Shown: piece after piece, positions 58,001 through 64,000 of the stretch
How the letters are laid out: the number at the start of each line of letters is the position of its first letter
How positions within the stretch are numbered: the stretch's first letter is position 1
NCBI RefSeq assembly: GCF_963921235.1
Contig: NC_086097.1
Location: forward strand, 182,964,001-183,028,000
Direction: 5' to 3'
Source of the DNA: Mobula hypostoma
Taxonomy: Eukaryota
Length of the DNA stretch: 64,000 nt
Translations under genes and position numbers: made by a program
The notes under the pieces: model-generated
Told to the model about the DNA's origin: nothing
Seen by the model: only the letters and a program-made list of their open reading frames with translations
Database searches by the model: none

Positions 58001-59602
58001 CAAAGTACATTTATTATCGAAGTATGTATACATTATCCTTGAGATTCATCTAACAGACAGCCATGAAACATAAGTGTGAAGTGATACATTGTGGAAAGTA
58101 TAACTTGTAGGCAGAGTACAAGGTAGGATTCTTAGTGGAGGAACAGTGGAACCTTGGGATTCTGGTTCATAGATTCTCATAGTTGCCATGATAAGGTGGT
58201 TAAGAAGGCATATGGCATGTCTTACTGAATTTAAGAGCCATGAGTTAATGTTGCACCTCTATAAAACTCTAGATAGACCACACTTGGAGTACTGTGTTCA
58301 GTTCTGGTTGCCTCATTATAAATTCAGGAGCTACTTTATTAGGTACAGCTGTACATCTGCTCGTTAATGCAAATATTTAATCAGCTAATCATGTGGCAGC
58401 AACTCAATGCATAAAAGCATGCAGATATGGTCAAGGGATTTAGTTGTTGTTTAGACCAAACATCAGAATGGGGAAGAAATGTGGGCAAAGTAACTTTGAC
58501 TGTGGAATGATTGTTGGTGCCAGATATGAACTGCTTATCTCCTGGGATTTTTAAGCAGATTTATAGAGACTGGTGCAGAAAGTTTAAAAAAAAATCCAGT
58601 GAGCGGCAGTTCCGTGGGCAAAAAAGCTTTGTTACTGAGAGAGGTCAGAGGAGAATGCCAGACTAGTTTAAGCAGACAAAAAGGGACCAGTAACTCAAAT
58701 AACCATGCATGACAATGTGGTGTGCGGAAGAGCATCTCTGAACGCATATGTTGAACCTTAAAGTGGATGGGCTACAGCAGTAGAAGACCAAGAACATACA
58801 CTAGTGGCCATTTTATTAGATGCAGGAGATATGTAATAAAGTGGCCACAGAGTGTAGGAAGGATGTGGAAGCTTTAGAGAGGGTGCAGAGTAGATTAGCA
58901 GAATGCGTCTGGAATGGAGAGCAATGATACTAGGTTGAGTGATTTTGAGATTTCCTCTTTGGAGAGAAGGAAAATGAGAGGTGACTTGATAGAGATATTA
59001 AAAGCTTGCTCTCTGGCGTCTGACATTTCATCCCAGGGAAAATTTCTGTCTACCTTAATTCTTAATTTAAATACCTTAGCCTCTGACACTCCAGGGAGAA
59101 AGGTATGTGAAAGAGTACGAGGTGAGTGTGCAAGGCTGACGTATGATTGCATTAACTTGGTCGATATGGATGAGATAGGATGAAAAGCCTGATTCCATGC
59201 TGTATAACTCAGTTACACTTTGACTCTATGAATATGAGATGAGTGTGCCAGGCAGATTAACATGATGAGTGTGCCAGGTTATACACAGTTGTGCAATGAG
59301 TGTGCCAGGTTAATGTACAGTTGTGTGATGAGTATGCCAGGGTAACATATCATTGTGTGAACTGTCTTTGTTTCCTTCCAGCACTTGCAGCCATGGACGC
59401 CTGAATTGCTCGTTCACCTCCTGTGTCCTTGACGGACAATTTTCCACTTGGAGCCCTTGGACTTCCTGTTCCCGCAGTTGTGGGGGGATTGGGCACATGA
59501 CCAGATCACGTGACTGCTCAAATCCAAAGCCAGCCAATGGGGGCAGAGACTGCGTCGGACCACGAATCGATGTCAAGTTTTGTCAGCCTGCGGAGTGTGA
59601 AG
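12956..59602 (+). CDS. sspo: SCO-spondin, partial multi-exon CDS (16 internal exons, TSP1/TIL/vWC-like region); gene extends beyond both window ends
   Basis: 16 exons with GT-AG boundaries and compatible phases join into an uninterrupted 2414-nt frame (2501 nt with the upstream exon 12 acceptor). Domain order vWC-like-TSR-TSR-TIL-vWC-like-TSR-TSR-TIL-vWC-like-TSR-TSR-TSR-TIL-vWC-like-TSR. Peptides such as [26 protein letters not shown] and [14 protein letters not shown] match SCO-spondin as I recall it. Confidence 0.93.
13220..13247. repeat. (ACCCTG)n hexamer microsatellite, 4-5 copies
   Basis: accctgaccctgaccctgaccctgaccc. Confidence 0.8.
13657..13827 (+). CDS. sspo: sspo exon 2 (171 nt, phase 1-1): TSP1 repeat [21 protein letters not shown]...CNMQPCA
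   Basis: ttctttcacAG / GTgagt; WxxWxxW, CxxSCG and RxRxC TSR motifs. Confidence 0.95.
14178..14348 (+). CDS. sspo: sspo exon 3 (171 nt, phase 1-1): TSP1 repeat [21 protein letters not shown]...CSKGQCP
   Basis: cctcattgcAG / GTaacg; TSR motifs. Confidence 0.95.
14393..14646. repeat. 28-bp purine-rich minisatellite (GGAATATGTGAGGAGGGAAGG(G/A)(G/C)AGGGA), ~9 copies
   Basis: Direct reading; starts ~45 nt after the exon 3 donor. Confidence 0.92.
14990..15430 (+). mobile_element. Degenerate CR1 LINE ORF2 3' fragment
   Basis: Decayed CR1 C-terminal motifs ([18 protein letters not shown]). Confidence 0.7.
15935..16500 (-). mobile_element. Degenerate CR1 ORF1 (SGNH esterase-like) fragment
   Basis: Minus [20 protein letters not shown]...CYLPG resembles CR1 ORF1 VIGDSIVRGTD...CLPG. 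Confidence 0.6.
16517..16808 (+). mobile_element. tRNA-derived V-SINE (HE1-like)
   Basis: A box TGGCAGAGTGG (16527), B box GGTTCAATGCC (16576), V-domain-like TTCCTCTGAGTGCTCTGGTCTCCTCCCACATTTCAAAGACGT. Confidence 0.75.
18001..18080 (+). CDS. sspo: sspo exon 4 (80 nt, phase 1-0): TIL N-half [27 protein letters not shown]
   Basis: ttttatttcAG / GTaact; [12 protein letters not shown] motif; bridges the phases of exons 3 and 5. Confidence 0.92.
18520..18689 (+). CDS. sspo: sspo exon 5 (170 nt, phase 0-2): [56 protein letters not shown](C)
   Basis: ctcttttttcAG / GTgagt; TIL C-half plus start of a vWC-like module; manual translation, not listed in this frame in the ORF track. Confidence 0.94.
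18955..19680 (-). mobile_element. Rex1/Babar-type LINE remnant (endonuclease region, close to a 3'-tail-like segment)
   Basis: Minus [20 protein letters not shown]...[13 protein letters not shown] gives APE motifs (GDFN, TR...LD). Confidence 0.65.
19930..22400 (-). mobile_element. Old CR1 5'/ORF1 region, interrupted by several later insertions and a minisatellite
   Basis: Minus-strand GFLSMGH..QYWG.KELY.WDG parallels the + strand ORF1 text at 44853-44930 ([24 protein letters not shown]); boundaries approximate. Confidence 0.55.
20335..20862. repeat. 42/44-bp minisatellite (TAGATAGGAACCCATTTCTCCCCAGT...GTGTCCC), ~12 copies
   Basis: Direct reading. Confidence 0.95.
22565..23665 (+). mobile_element. 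Young 5'-truncated CR1 LINE (RT C-half + 3' UTR)
   Basis: [36 protein letters not shown]; one stop at 22819-22821 and a late frameshift; tail GTTCTATGTTCTAT. Confidence 0.92.
24241..24287 (+). CDS. sspo: sspo exon 6 (47 nt, phase 2-1): (C)[15 protein letters not shown]
   Basis: ttcttttggttgcAG / GTaggt; completes the split Cys codon TG|T; CxCxxGxLxC motif. Confidence 0.9.
24935..25960 (-). mobile_element. Rex1/Babar LINE 3' fragment
   Basis: [48 protein letters not shown] motifs. Confidence 0.8.
27235..28345. mobile_element. Penelope-like element remnant with inverted (pseudo-LTR) arms
   Basis: Purine-rich left arm (27260-27560) is the imperfect reverse complement of the pyrimidine-rich right arm (27830-28345); GIY-YIG-like C-terminus [16 protein letters not shown] at 27729-27779; hammerhead-like motif at 28241-28280. 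Confidence 0.7.
27888..28098. repeat. ~39-42-bp minisatellite (CCCCATGGTCCACTGTTCTCACCTATCTAATTCCTCCTTCTT), 5 copies
   Basis: Direct reading; embedded in the Penelope-like right arm. Confidence 0.9.
28790..30296 (-). mobile_element. R4/Dong (Rex6-like) non-LTR retrotransposon remnant: N-terminal region and start of RT; extreme 5' part inverted
   Basis: Minus translation [28 protein letters not shown] (RT motif A), ITETNNLI...[18 protein letters not shown]-terminus-like [18 protein letters not shown] on the + strand at ~30110-30296; family call from recalled motifs. Confidence 0.72.
30300..30915 (-). mobile_element. Degenerate CR1/L2-group LINE 3' fragment
   Basis: Minus ORF decays [19 protein letters not shown]...L..IQ; similar 3' end sequence at ~23720 and ~23990. 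Confidence 0.5.
31786..32005. repeat. 44-bp minisatellite (GAGATCCAACAGTGATAGGAT(T/G)(C/T)AGTGCTGGGCTGAGAATTG), 5 copies
   Basis: Direct reading; last copy runs into CR1 ORF2 sequence. Confidence 0.9.
32045..32288 (+). mobile_element. V-SINE inserted in a CR1 fragment
   Basis: AGTGGTTAGCG head remnant, V-domain GGGTGCTCCAATTTCCTCCCACATTCCA; CR1 text resumes after it. Confidence 0.65.
32290..33855 (+). mobile_element. Older CR1 3' fragment split by a younger antisense CR1
   Basis: [15 protein letters not shown] and RPYLEYCVQ motifs; host text resumes after 33707. Confidence 0.8.
32767..33707 (-). mobile_element. Younger CR1 LINE 3' part (207-aa open ORF)
   Basis: ORFs 32857-33480 and 33539-33730 ([20 protein letters not shown]); tail (TCTTATGG)n. 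Confidence 0.92.
33980..34622 (-). mobile_element. CR1 LINE 3' fragment
   Basis: ORF 34096-34362 [16 protein letters not shown]...[12 protein letters not shown]. Confidence 0.88.
34838..35038 (+). CDS. sspo: sspo exon 7 (201 nt, phase 1-1): atypical TSP1 [19 protein letters not shown]...RSCACP...CPSVSFCP
   Basis: cccctttgcAG / GTaact; TSR with an extra Cys pair (WCSW, CACP). Confidence 0.95.
35320..35490 (+). CDS. sspo: sspo exon 8 (171 nt, phase 1-1): TSP1 [19 protein letters not shown]...CHTSSSLCT
   Basis: ttctccccatgcAG / GTctgt; TSR motifs. Confidence 0.94.
36588..37525 (+). mobile_element. Rex1/Babar LINE 3' fragment nested in CR1
   Basis: [51 protein letters not shown]-containing tail. 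Confidence 0.88.
37578..39976 (+). mobile_element. CR1 LINE (RT to 3' end) with 5' fold-back, nested in older CR1
   Basis: [33 protein letters not shown]; tail TATCTTATGG. Confidence 0.9.
38610..39290 (-). mobile_element. Young CR1 3' fragment nested in the 37578-39976 CR1; same subfamily as 22565-23665
   Basis: ORF 38778-39221 nearly identical in translation to the C-terminal part of ORF 22825-23529. Confidence 0.92.
41195..41389 (+). CDS. sspo: sspo exon 9 (195 nt, phase 1-1): [25 protein letters not shown]...[12 protein letters not shown]
   Basis: tcttgtccacAG / GTaagc; TIL cysteine pattern; alternative in-frame donor after 41377. Confidence 0.92.
41706..41802 (+). CDS. sspo: sspo exon 10 (97 nt, phase 1-2): [32 protein letters not shown](C)
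   Basis: Long polypyrimidine tract ...cccttctccccacAG / GTgaga; ends AAC TG| like exons 5 and 15; needed for phase continuity. Confidence 0.88.
42292..42512 (+). CDS. sspo: sspo exon 11 (221 nt, phase 2-1): (C)TCVDGQLDC + TSP1 [21 protein letters not shown]...CNTEPCA
   Basis: ttcttctgcAG / GTaaga; TSR motifs. Confidence 0.95.
42596..42792. repeat. 25-bp CpG-rich minisatellite (GCTCCACCGCAGC(A/C)CGCAGCG(T/C)(A/G)A(C/G)), ~8 copies
   Basis: Direct reading. Confidence 0.92.
46268..46991. mobile_element. Non-autonomous hAT (Charlie-like) DNA transposon
   Basis: 8-bp TSD GTTTAGAT (46260-46267, 46992-46999); CAG...CTG termini; right TIR GGTTGGGGACCTCTG; left TIR reduced to CAG. Confidence 0.85.
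46313..46896. mobile_element. Non-autonomous hAT (Blackjack-like) nested in the Charlie-like element
   Basis: TIR TAGGGTTGCCAAC (46313) / GTTGGCAACCCTA (46849-46861); subterminal GTCCC/GGGAC repeats; 8-bp TSD CTTGAACA (46305-46312, 46897-46904). Confidence 0.85.
48444..48677 (+). CDS. sspo: sspo exon 12 (phase 1-1; start 48444 or 48531): TSP1 [18 protein letters not shown]...DCNGTCG
   Basis: Donor GTgagt at 48678; two in-frame AG acceptors (48442-48443, 48529-48530); TSR motifs clear from 48531, start uncertain. Confidence 0.85.
48767..48916 (+). CDS. sspo: sspo exon 13 (150 nt, phase 1-1): TSP1 [34 protein letters not shown]...CHTQVCL
   Basis: ttccatggcAG / GTgagt; follows an 89-nt intron. 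Confidence 0.95.
50021..50187 (+). CDS. sspo: sspo exon 14 (167 nt, phase 1-0): [29 protein letters not shown]...CEEGCHCP...TCVK
   Basis: cttctgtttgtAG / GTgaga; TIL cysteine pattern. Confidence 0.95.
50330..50900 (+). mobile_element. Degenerate Rex1/Babar LINE 3' fragment
   Basis: [27 protein letters not shown] motif; CCTGATTGTGATTC tail. Confidence 0.75.
50975..52590 (-). mobile_element. Full-length decayed Tc1 transposon (1616 bp) with long (~210 bp) inverted repeats
   Basis: TA TSD (50973-50974, 52591-52592); termini CAGTACCCATAAAAAGTATT / AATACTTTTTATAGGCACAG; frameshifted transposase with HTH (GYKKI...[12 protein letters not shown]), [20 protein letters not shown]. Confidence 0.93.
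52588..55530. repeat. 40-bp satellite (AGTGTCGATCTGAGTGTG(C/T)ACGTGTTTGTGCATGTCAGT(C/A)), ~73 units with 38-bp variants
   Basis: Direct reading; variant blocks recur at 758- and 438-bp spacing. Confidence 0.98.
55695..55849 (+). CDS. sspo: sspo exon 15 (155 nt, phase 0-2): [14 protein letters not shown]...[10 protein letters not shown](C)
   Basis: tttcccacccAG / GTgagg; phases match exons 14 and 16. Confidence 0.92.
56848..57372 (-). mobile_element. Rex1/Babar-type LINE 3' fragment
   Basis: ORF 56995-57387 [22 protein letters not shown]...SHPL...[13 protein letters not shown]; (ATGACT)n tail. Confidence 0.82.
57380..59005 (+). mobile_element. Degenerate CR1 ORF2 fragment
   Basis: [34 protein letters not shown] motifs. 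Confidence 0.78.
58321..58854 (+). mobile_element. Non-autonomous Tc1-type element inserted in CR1
   Basis: TA duplication in CR1 CCTCATTATA|...|TAGGAAGGATG; ends ...CTACTTTATTAGG / ...TAATAAAGTGGCCACAGAGTG; transposase N-terminus [19 protein letters not shown]. Confidence 0.8.
59235..59348. repeat. Degenerate ~25-32-bp tandem repeat (ATGAGTGTGCCAGG...), 4 copies
   Basis: Direct reading; just upstream of the exon 16 acceptor. Confidence 0.75.
59382..59602 (+). CDS. sspo: sspo exon 16 (221 nt, phase 2-1): (C)TCSHGRLNC + TSP1 [20 protein letters not shown]...FCQPAECE
   Basis: tttccttccAG / GTgagt; TSR motifs. Confidence 0.95.
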
Positions 59603-61059
59603 GTGAGTTTGTAGCTGACGGATGTGTCGAATCAATATGAGACCAGTAAGTGTGCGAGTCCTTGTGTGAAATTGGTGGATGTGAGATTGGTATGTGTATG
59701 TGTGAGAAATTGGTGAGCGTATGAACCTAGATGTGATTGGTGTACATGTGAGTGTGAGGTTGGTAAAGGTGTGATTGTGTGAGTGTGAATACGTGAGGGC
59801 AGCAGTGAGTTGGTGAGTATGAAAGTGTGAATGGGAATGTGTGAGTGTAAGAATGGTAAGTAGCTGAGACTTTGAGATGTAAAAGTGGCTGTGTTTGTGG
59901 AAAGGTCGACTGTTATTTGTTTATTTCAGGAAAGAAGCAAACAGGTGATTTAATTGAGGTGTATAAAATTGTGAGGAAGGGAATTGTGGTGAATGGAAAG
60001 GATATGTTTCTTTCAGGAGCAATATTTCAATAGTGGACAGACTTTTTTGCAGAAATGTTAGAGGGGAGTTTAGGAGAAAACAATTCATCCAAAGAGTTGT
60101 GGAGGTCAGGGTGCCACCTGAGAGAAAGGTGGAGACTGTCTTCCTCCTTATTTAAAATGGGCCGAGGTGACTGTCAGTTCAGTAACGTGACAGATCTGGC
60201 TGCTCAAGCCTGGGCATCAACAACATGTTGTGGACCATCTGCAGCAGAAATGCCCAGTACCACATCCTTGAACATCATGGCCTCCCTCCATGTTGCTGCT
60301 AAACCAGAGGGTCAATGAAGGGACAGGCATGCTGGGAGCGGCAGCAGGGTTACCTAAAACTGAAAGACTGTGTGTCTGCTGAACAAAATCAGCATAAACA
60401 GAGCTAAGCAATCTTATAACCAATCAGAGCAGACTGAAGTTTTCAGACTTTTTGTGAGTGGAGCAGGTAACATCACCACCTTCAGTTATGGAAGACCTGG
60501 AAAGAGTTATAGAGCAGGGTGAAGCATTCACCTCCACATCCAGCCAAAGATGTGTCCATCTCACCTTCCTCGTGAGATCCTCACGGTCACAGCCAATTCC
60601 ATTCAATCCAACAGAAAACAGCTGAAGCACTGGACACAAAGAACACGGGACCAGATAAAATCCCAGCCAAGATATTGGAATATCTGCCCCAGAATGAGCC
60701 ATGCCTCTGCCTGACTGTTCCTGTACAGATACAACACTGGCTTCTTCCCAACAATATGCCCATTAAAGCAGGAAAAGTGCACTCAAGCTAATAAGCACCC
60801 AGCCTTTAATCATCAGCATAGTGAAGAGGTCTCACCAAAATTCAGCTCAGCTTGGGCCAGGGTCACCTGGCTCCACAGCTTTATCTCAAACACGGTCTGA
60901 TGAGCTAAACTCAAGGGTGAGGGAGAGTGGCTCCCCTCAACGTCAGACAGTATTAGAGTGTGTGATCTTGGGTCCCTGGTAAACCTGAAGCCAGAGGGGC
61001 TCGTGGGAAAAAGGCAGAACACAGAACAGTACAGCACAGGAACAGGAAGGCAGAAGTTC

Positions 61060-63172
61060 CCACTTGCTTCAAAAAGGCAGCAATTATACCAGTGCCTAAG
61101 AAGCATAATGTGAGCTGCCCTAATGACTATTGCACTCACATCTACAGTGATGAAAAGCTTTGAGAGGTTGTTCATGACTAGACTTGCTCCTGCCTCAGCA
61201 AGGACCTGGACCCATTACAATTTGCCTATCACCACATTAGGTCAATGGCAGTCGCAATCTCAATGGCTCTTCACACGGCCTTGGACCACCTGGACAATAC
61301 AAACATCTATGTCAGGATGCTGTTCATCGACTATAGCTCAGCATTTAACACCATCATTTCCTCAATCCTGATTGAGAAGTTACAGAACCTGGGCCTCTGT
61401 ACTTCCCTCTGCAATTGGATCCTCGACTTCCTAACCGGAAGACCACAATCTGTGCAGATTGTTGATAACATATCCTCATTGATAATCAACTCTGGTGCAC
61501 CTCGGGTGTGTGCTTAGCCCACTACTCTGCACTACTCTATACCCATGACTGTGTGGCTGGGTGCAGCTCAAATATGATCTATAAATTTGCTGACGATACA
61601 ACCATTGTTGGTAGAATCTCAGGTGGTGATGAGAGGGCGTACAGGAGTGAAATATGCCAACTAGTGGAGTGGTGTCGCAGCAACAACCTGGCACTCAATG
61701 TCAGTAAGATGAAAGAGCTGATTGTGGATTTCAGGAAGGGTAAGACGAAGGAACACATACCAATCCTCATAGAGGGATCAAAAATGGAGAGAGTGAGCAG
61801 TTTCAAGTTCCTAGGTGTCAAGATCTCTGAGGATCTAACCTCGTCTCAACATATCGATGTAGTTATAAAGAAGGCAAGACAGCGACTATACTTCATTAGG
61901 AGTTTGAAGAGATTTGGTATGTCAACAAGTACACTCAAAAACTTATATAGATGTAGCGTGGAGAGCATTCTGACAGGCTGCATCACTGTTTGGTCTGGAG
62001 GGGCTACTGCACAGGACCAAAAGAAGCTGCAGAGGGTCATAACTTGAATTGGTTCCATCTTGGGTACTAGCCTACAAAGTAGCTACGACATCTTCAAGGA
62101 GCGGTGTCTCAGAAAGGCAGCGTCCATTATTAAGGACTTCCAGCACCCAGGGCATGCCCTTTTCTCACTGTTACCATCGGGTAGGAGGTACAGAAGCCTG
62201 AAGGCACACACTCAGCGTTTCAGGAACAACTTCTTCCCCTCTGCTATCCGATTCCTAAATGGACTGAATCCGTGAATACTACCAGACTTTTTAAATAAGT
62301 ATTATTTCTGTTTTTGCACTATTTTAATCTATTTAATATATGTGTAAGGGGATTTCGTCTTTTATGTTACTGCGGAGGCTAATTAAAATGGCTTCTTTGT
62401 TATGTTATACTTAGGAATGCTTCTTTCTTATGTTAAACGCTGAGAAAGCCCTTCCCGCTAGCAGTTTGTTTTGTATTATCTATTGATATGAGGACGAATG
62501 AACCAATTGGGATAGTTGTTATGTTTTTGGTGTATTTGAAGATACTGTATCCGCGGGGTTTTGGGGCAGAAGGTGGGAGACAGGGACAGAGGATGAACCA
62601 GGTGCTGTGATGTCCGCTAACGGGGTCGGACCCCGAGGAGGGCGTTCGGCGAGGAGATGAGACGGAAACGGACTCGTGTAGAGCATCTGGTCGACCACCG
62701 TTGTTGGTCCCAGGCAGCCAGTTGAGGTGGTCCGAGGGGTCAAAGGAAAGAGAAGAAGGGTCTTGAGCTCCAACTGTTTGTGCACGAAGAGATTGAACTT
62801 TGATAAGTGTGGCACCTTTTATTTTCCTTTTATATTTTATTCTCTATTAATTATGTAGTTCCAGTAATATCTATAAACTGTAAATCATTTAATTGTATCT
62901 GGTGTATTGTCTTTTATTGGGTGGGGTGGGGTACATCACACAGCATCCACACAAACTAATTACCCAGTTTGGCGGGGCCGAGGGCTGTTTTTCTAGACGG
63001 CAGTGAGCCGAGTGACCCTGAGGGTGGCTGGGGGGTGGGGGGGCGGCTACATATGTATACTGAATATTTATTTATTTTCTTCTTCTATATTGTGTATGGC
63101 ATTGAACTGCTGCTGCTAAGTTAGCAGATTTCAAGACACATGCTGGTGATAATAAACCTGATTTTGATTCTG
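61060..63172 (+). mobile_element. Rex1/Babar LINE (RT domain to 3' tail), tail interrupted by a solo LTR
   Basis: [52 protein letters not shown]; tail AATAAACCTGATTTTGATTCTGA at ~63150-63172. Confidence 0.92.
62343..63051. mobile_element. Solo LTR (709 bp), probably Ty3/Gypsy-type
   Basis: TGTA...TACA termini; 4-bp TSD TATG (62339-62342, 63052-63055); no internal coding region. Confidence 0.85.
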
Positions 63173-64000
63173 AAATGCCTAACCAAACTAATCTCTTCTG
63201 CCAACACATTGTCTATATCCTTTCATTTCCTACACAATCGTGTGTCTATTTGAAAGCATCTTGAATGTCTCCATCAAAAAAGCAAGAACAACTTGCCAGC
63301 ACTTCTCCTTTGAATTTGAAGTGATATTTCATAGGAAATTGGATGCAGTTATTGTCAGTCATTCATTGTAGCCCGAGGACAAGTTTGTCCAAGTGTCCAC
63401 CTTCAGCAGCTTCACCAATGACCTTCCTTTCATCGTGTTCAATTCTTTTGGTATGCTCAGCAAATGAAGTCACCTTTGCAGCAAGACTGTCAACGTTCAG
63501 GCTCAGGTGGCGAGTCCCAATTTGCACCATGAAAGTGTCAAGATACCTTCTCTATTGTAATCATCTATTACATGATTACGTCTCCATTGTAACCAGATGT
63601 AATCATCTGGCATTACATTCGTCGATATTTCCAACAGCCATTTCATTGCCCATTACCCAGCATCAACATTTTGGGGATCACTATTAACCAGAGGTTCAGA
63701 TCGGTCATATAGATACTGTAGTAATCAGCGAAGTGGTATACTGCAGTGTGTGACATCATCCCATTACCTTTCCAGCACCCACAGGCACAGATCAGGAGCA
63801 TGATGGAACACACCCTTTTTGACTGCACAACTCCCAACAATTCTATAGAAGCTCAATGACATTCAGGACAAAGCAAACTGTGATTACCCCGTCCAAAATG
63901 TAAGCACCAGTTTCCCATGCTACTGGTATACATTGGCTACAGTCATACACATCACTTACTCACTTACTTGGCTGCTCCAACAGCCCTTTTAAACATCCAT

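Noticed and set aside
59603..64000. Further sspo exon after 59602
   Set aside because: No Cys/Trp-patterned phase-1 exon recognised; a short low-complexity linker exon cannot be excluded by eye.

Overview
Eukaryotic (vertebrate) genomic DNA, most likely a cartilaginous fish; this is an inference from HE1/V-type SINEs and the CR1, Rex-Babar and Penelope-like repeat set. The window lies inside one + strand gene, SCO-spondin (sspo, the Reissner-fibre glycoprotein). Sixteen internal coding exons (12956-59602) splice at GT-AG sites with matching phases into an open frame of about 804 codons (833 if the upstream acceptor of exon 12 is used). They encode 8 TSP1 repeats, 3 TIL domains and vWC-like linkers; start and stop lie outside the window. 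The introns hold a >=12.8 kb 47-bp satellite with two-level higher-order structure, a 2.9 kb 40-bp satellite, several minisatellites (three visibly born from TE sequence) and heavily nested TEs. These include CR1 and Rex-Babar LINEs, an R4/Dong-like LINE with an inverted 5' end, a Penelope-like inverted element with a decayed hammerhead, two Tc1 elements, a hAT nested in a hAT, a solo LTR and V-SINEs. I cannot support a wholly new biological system. The best leads are repeat-genesis patterns, unusual TE integration structures and possible splicing effects on sspo. Family assignments come from recognised motifs, not database searches.
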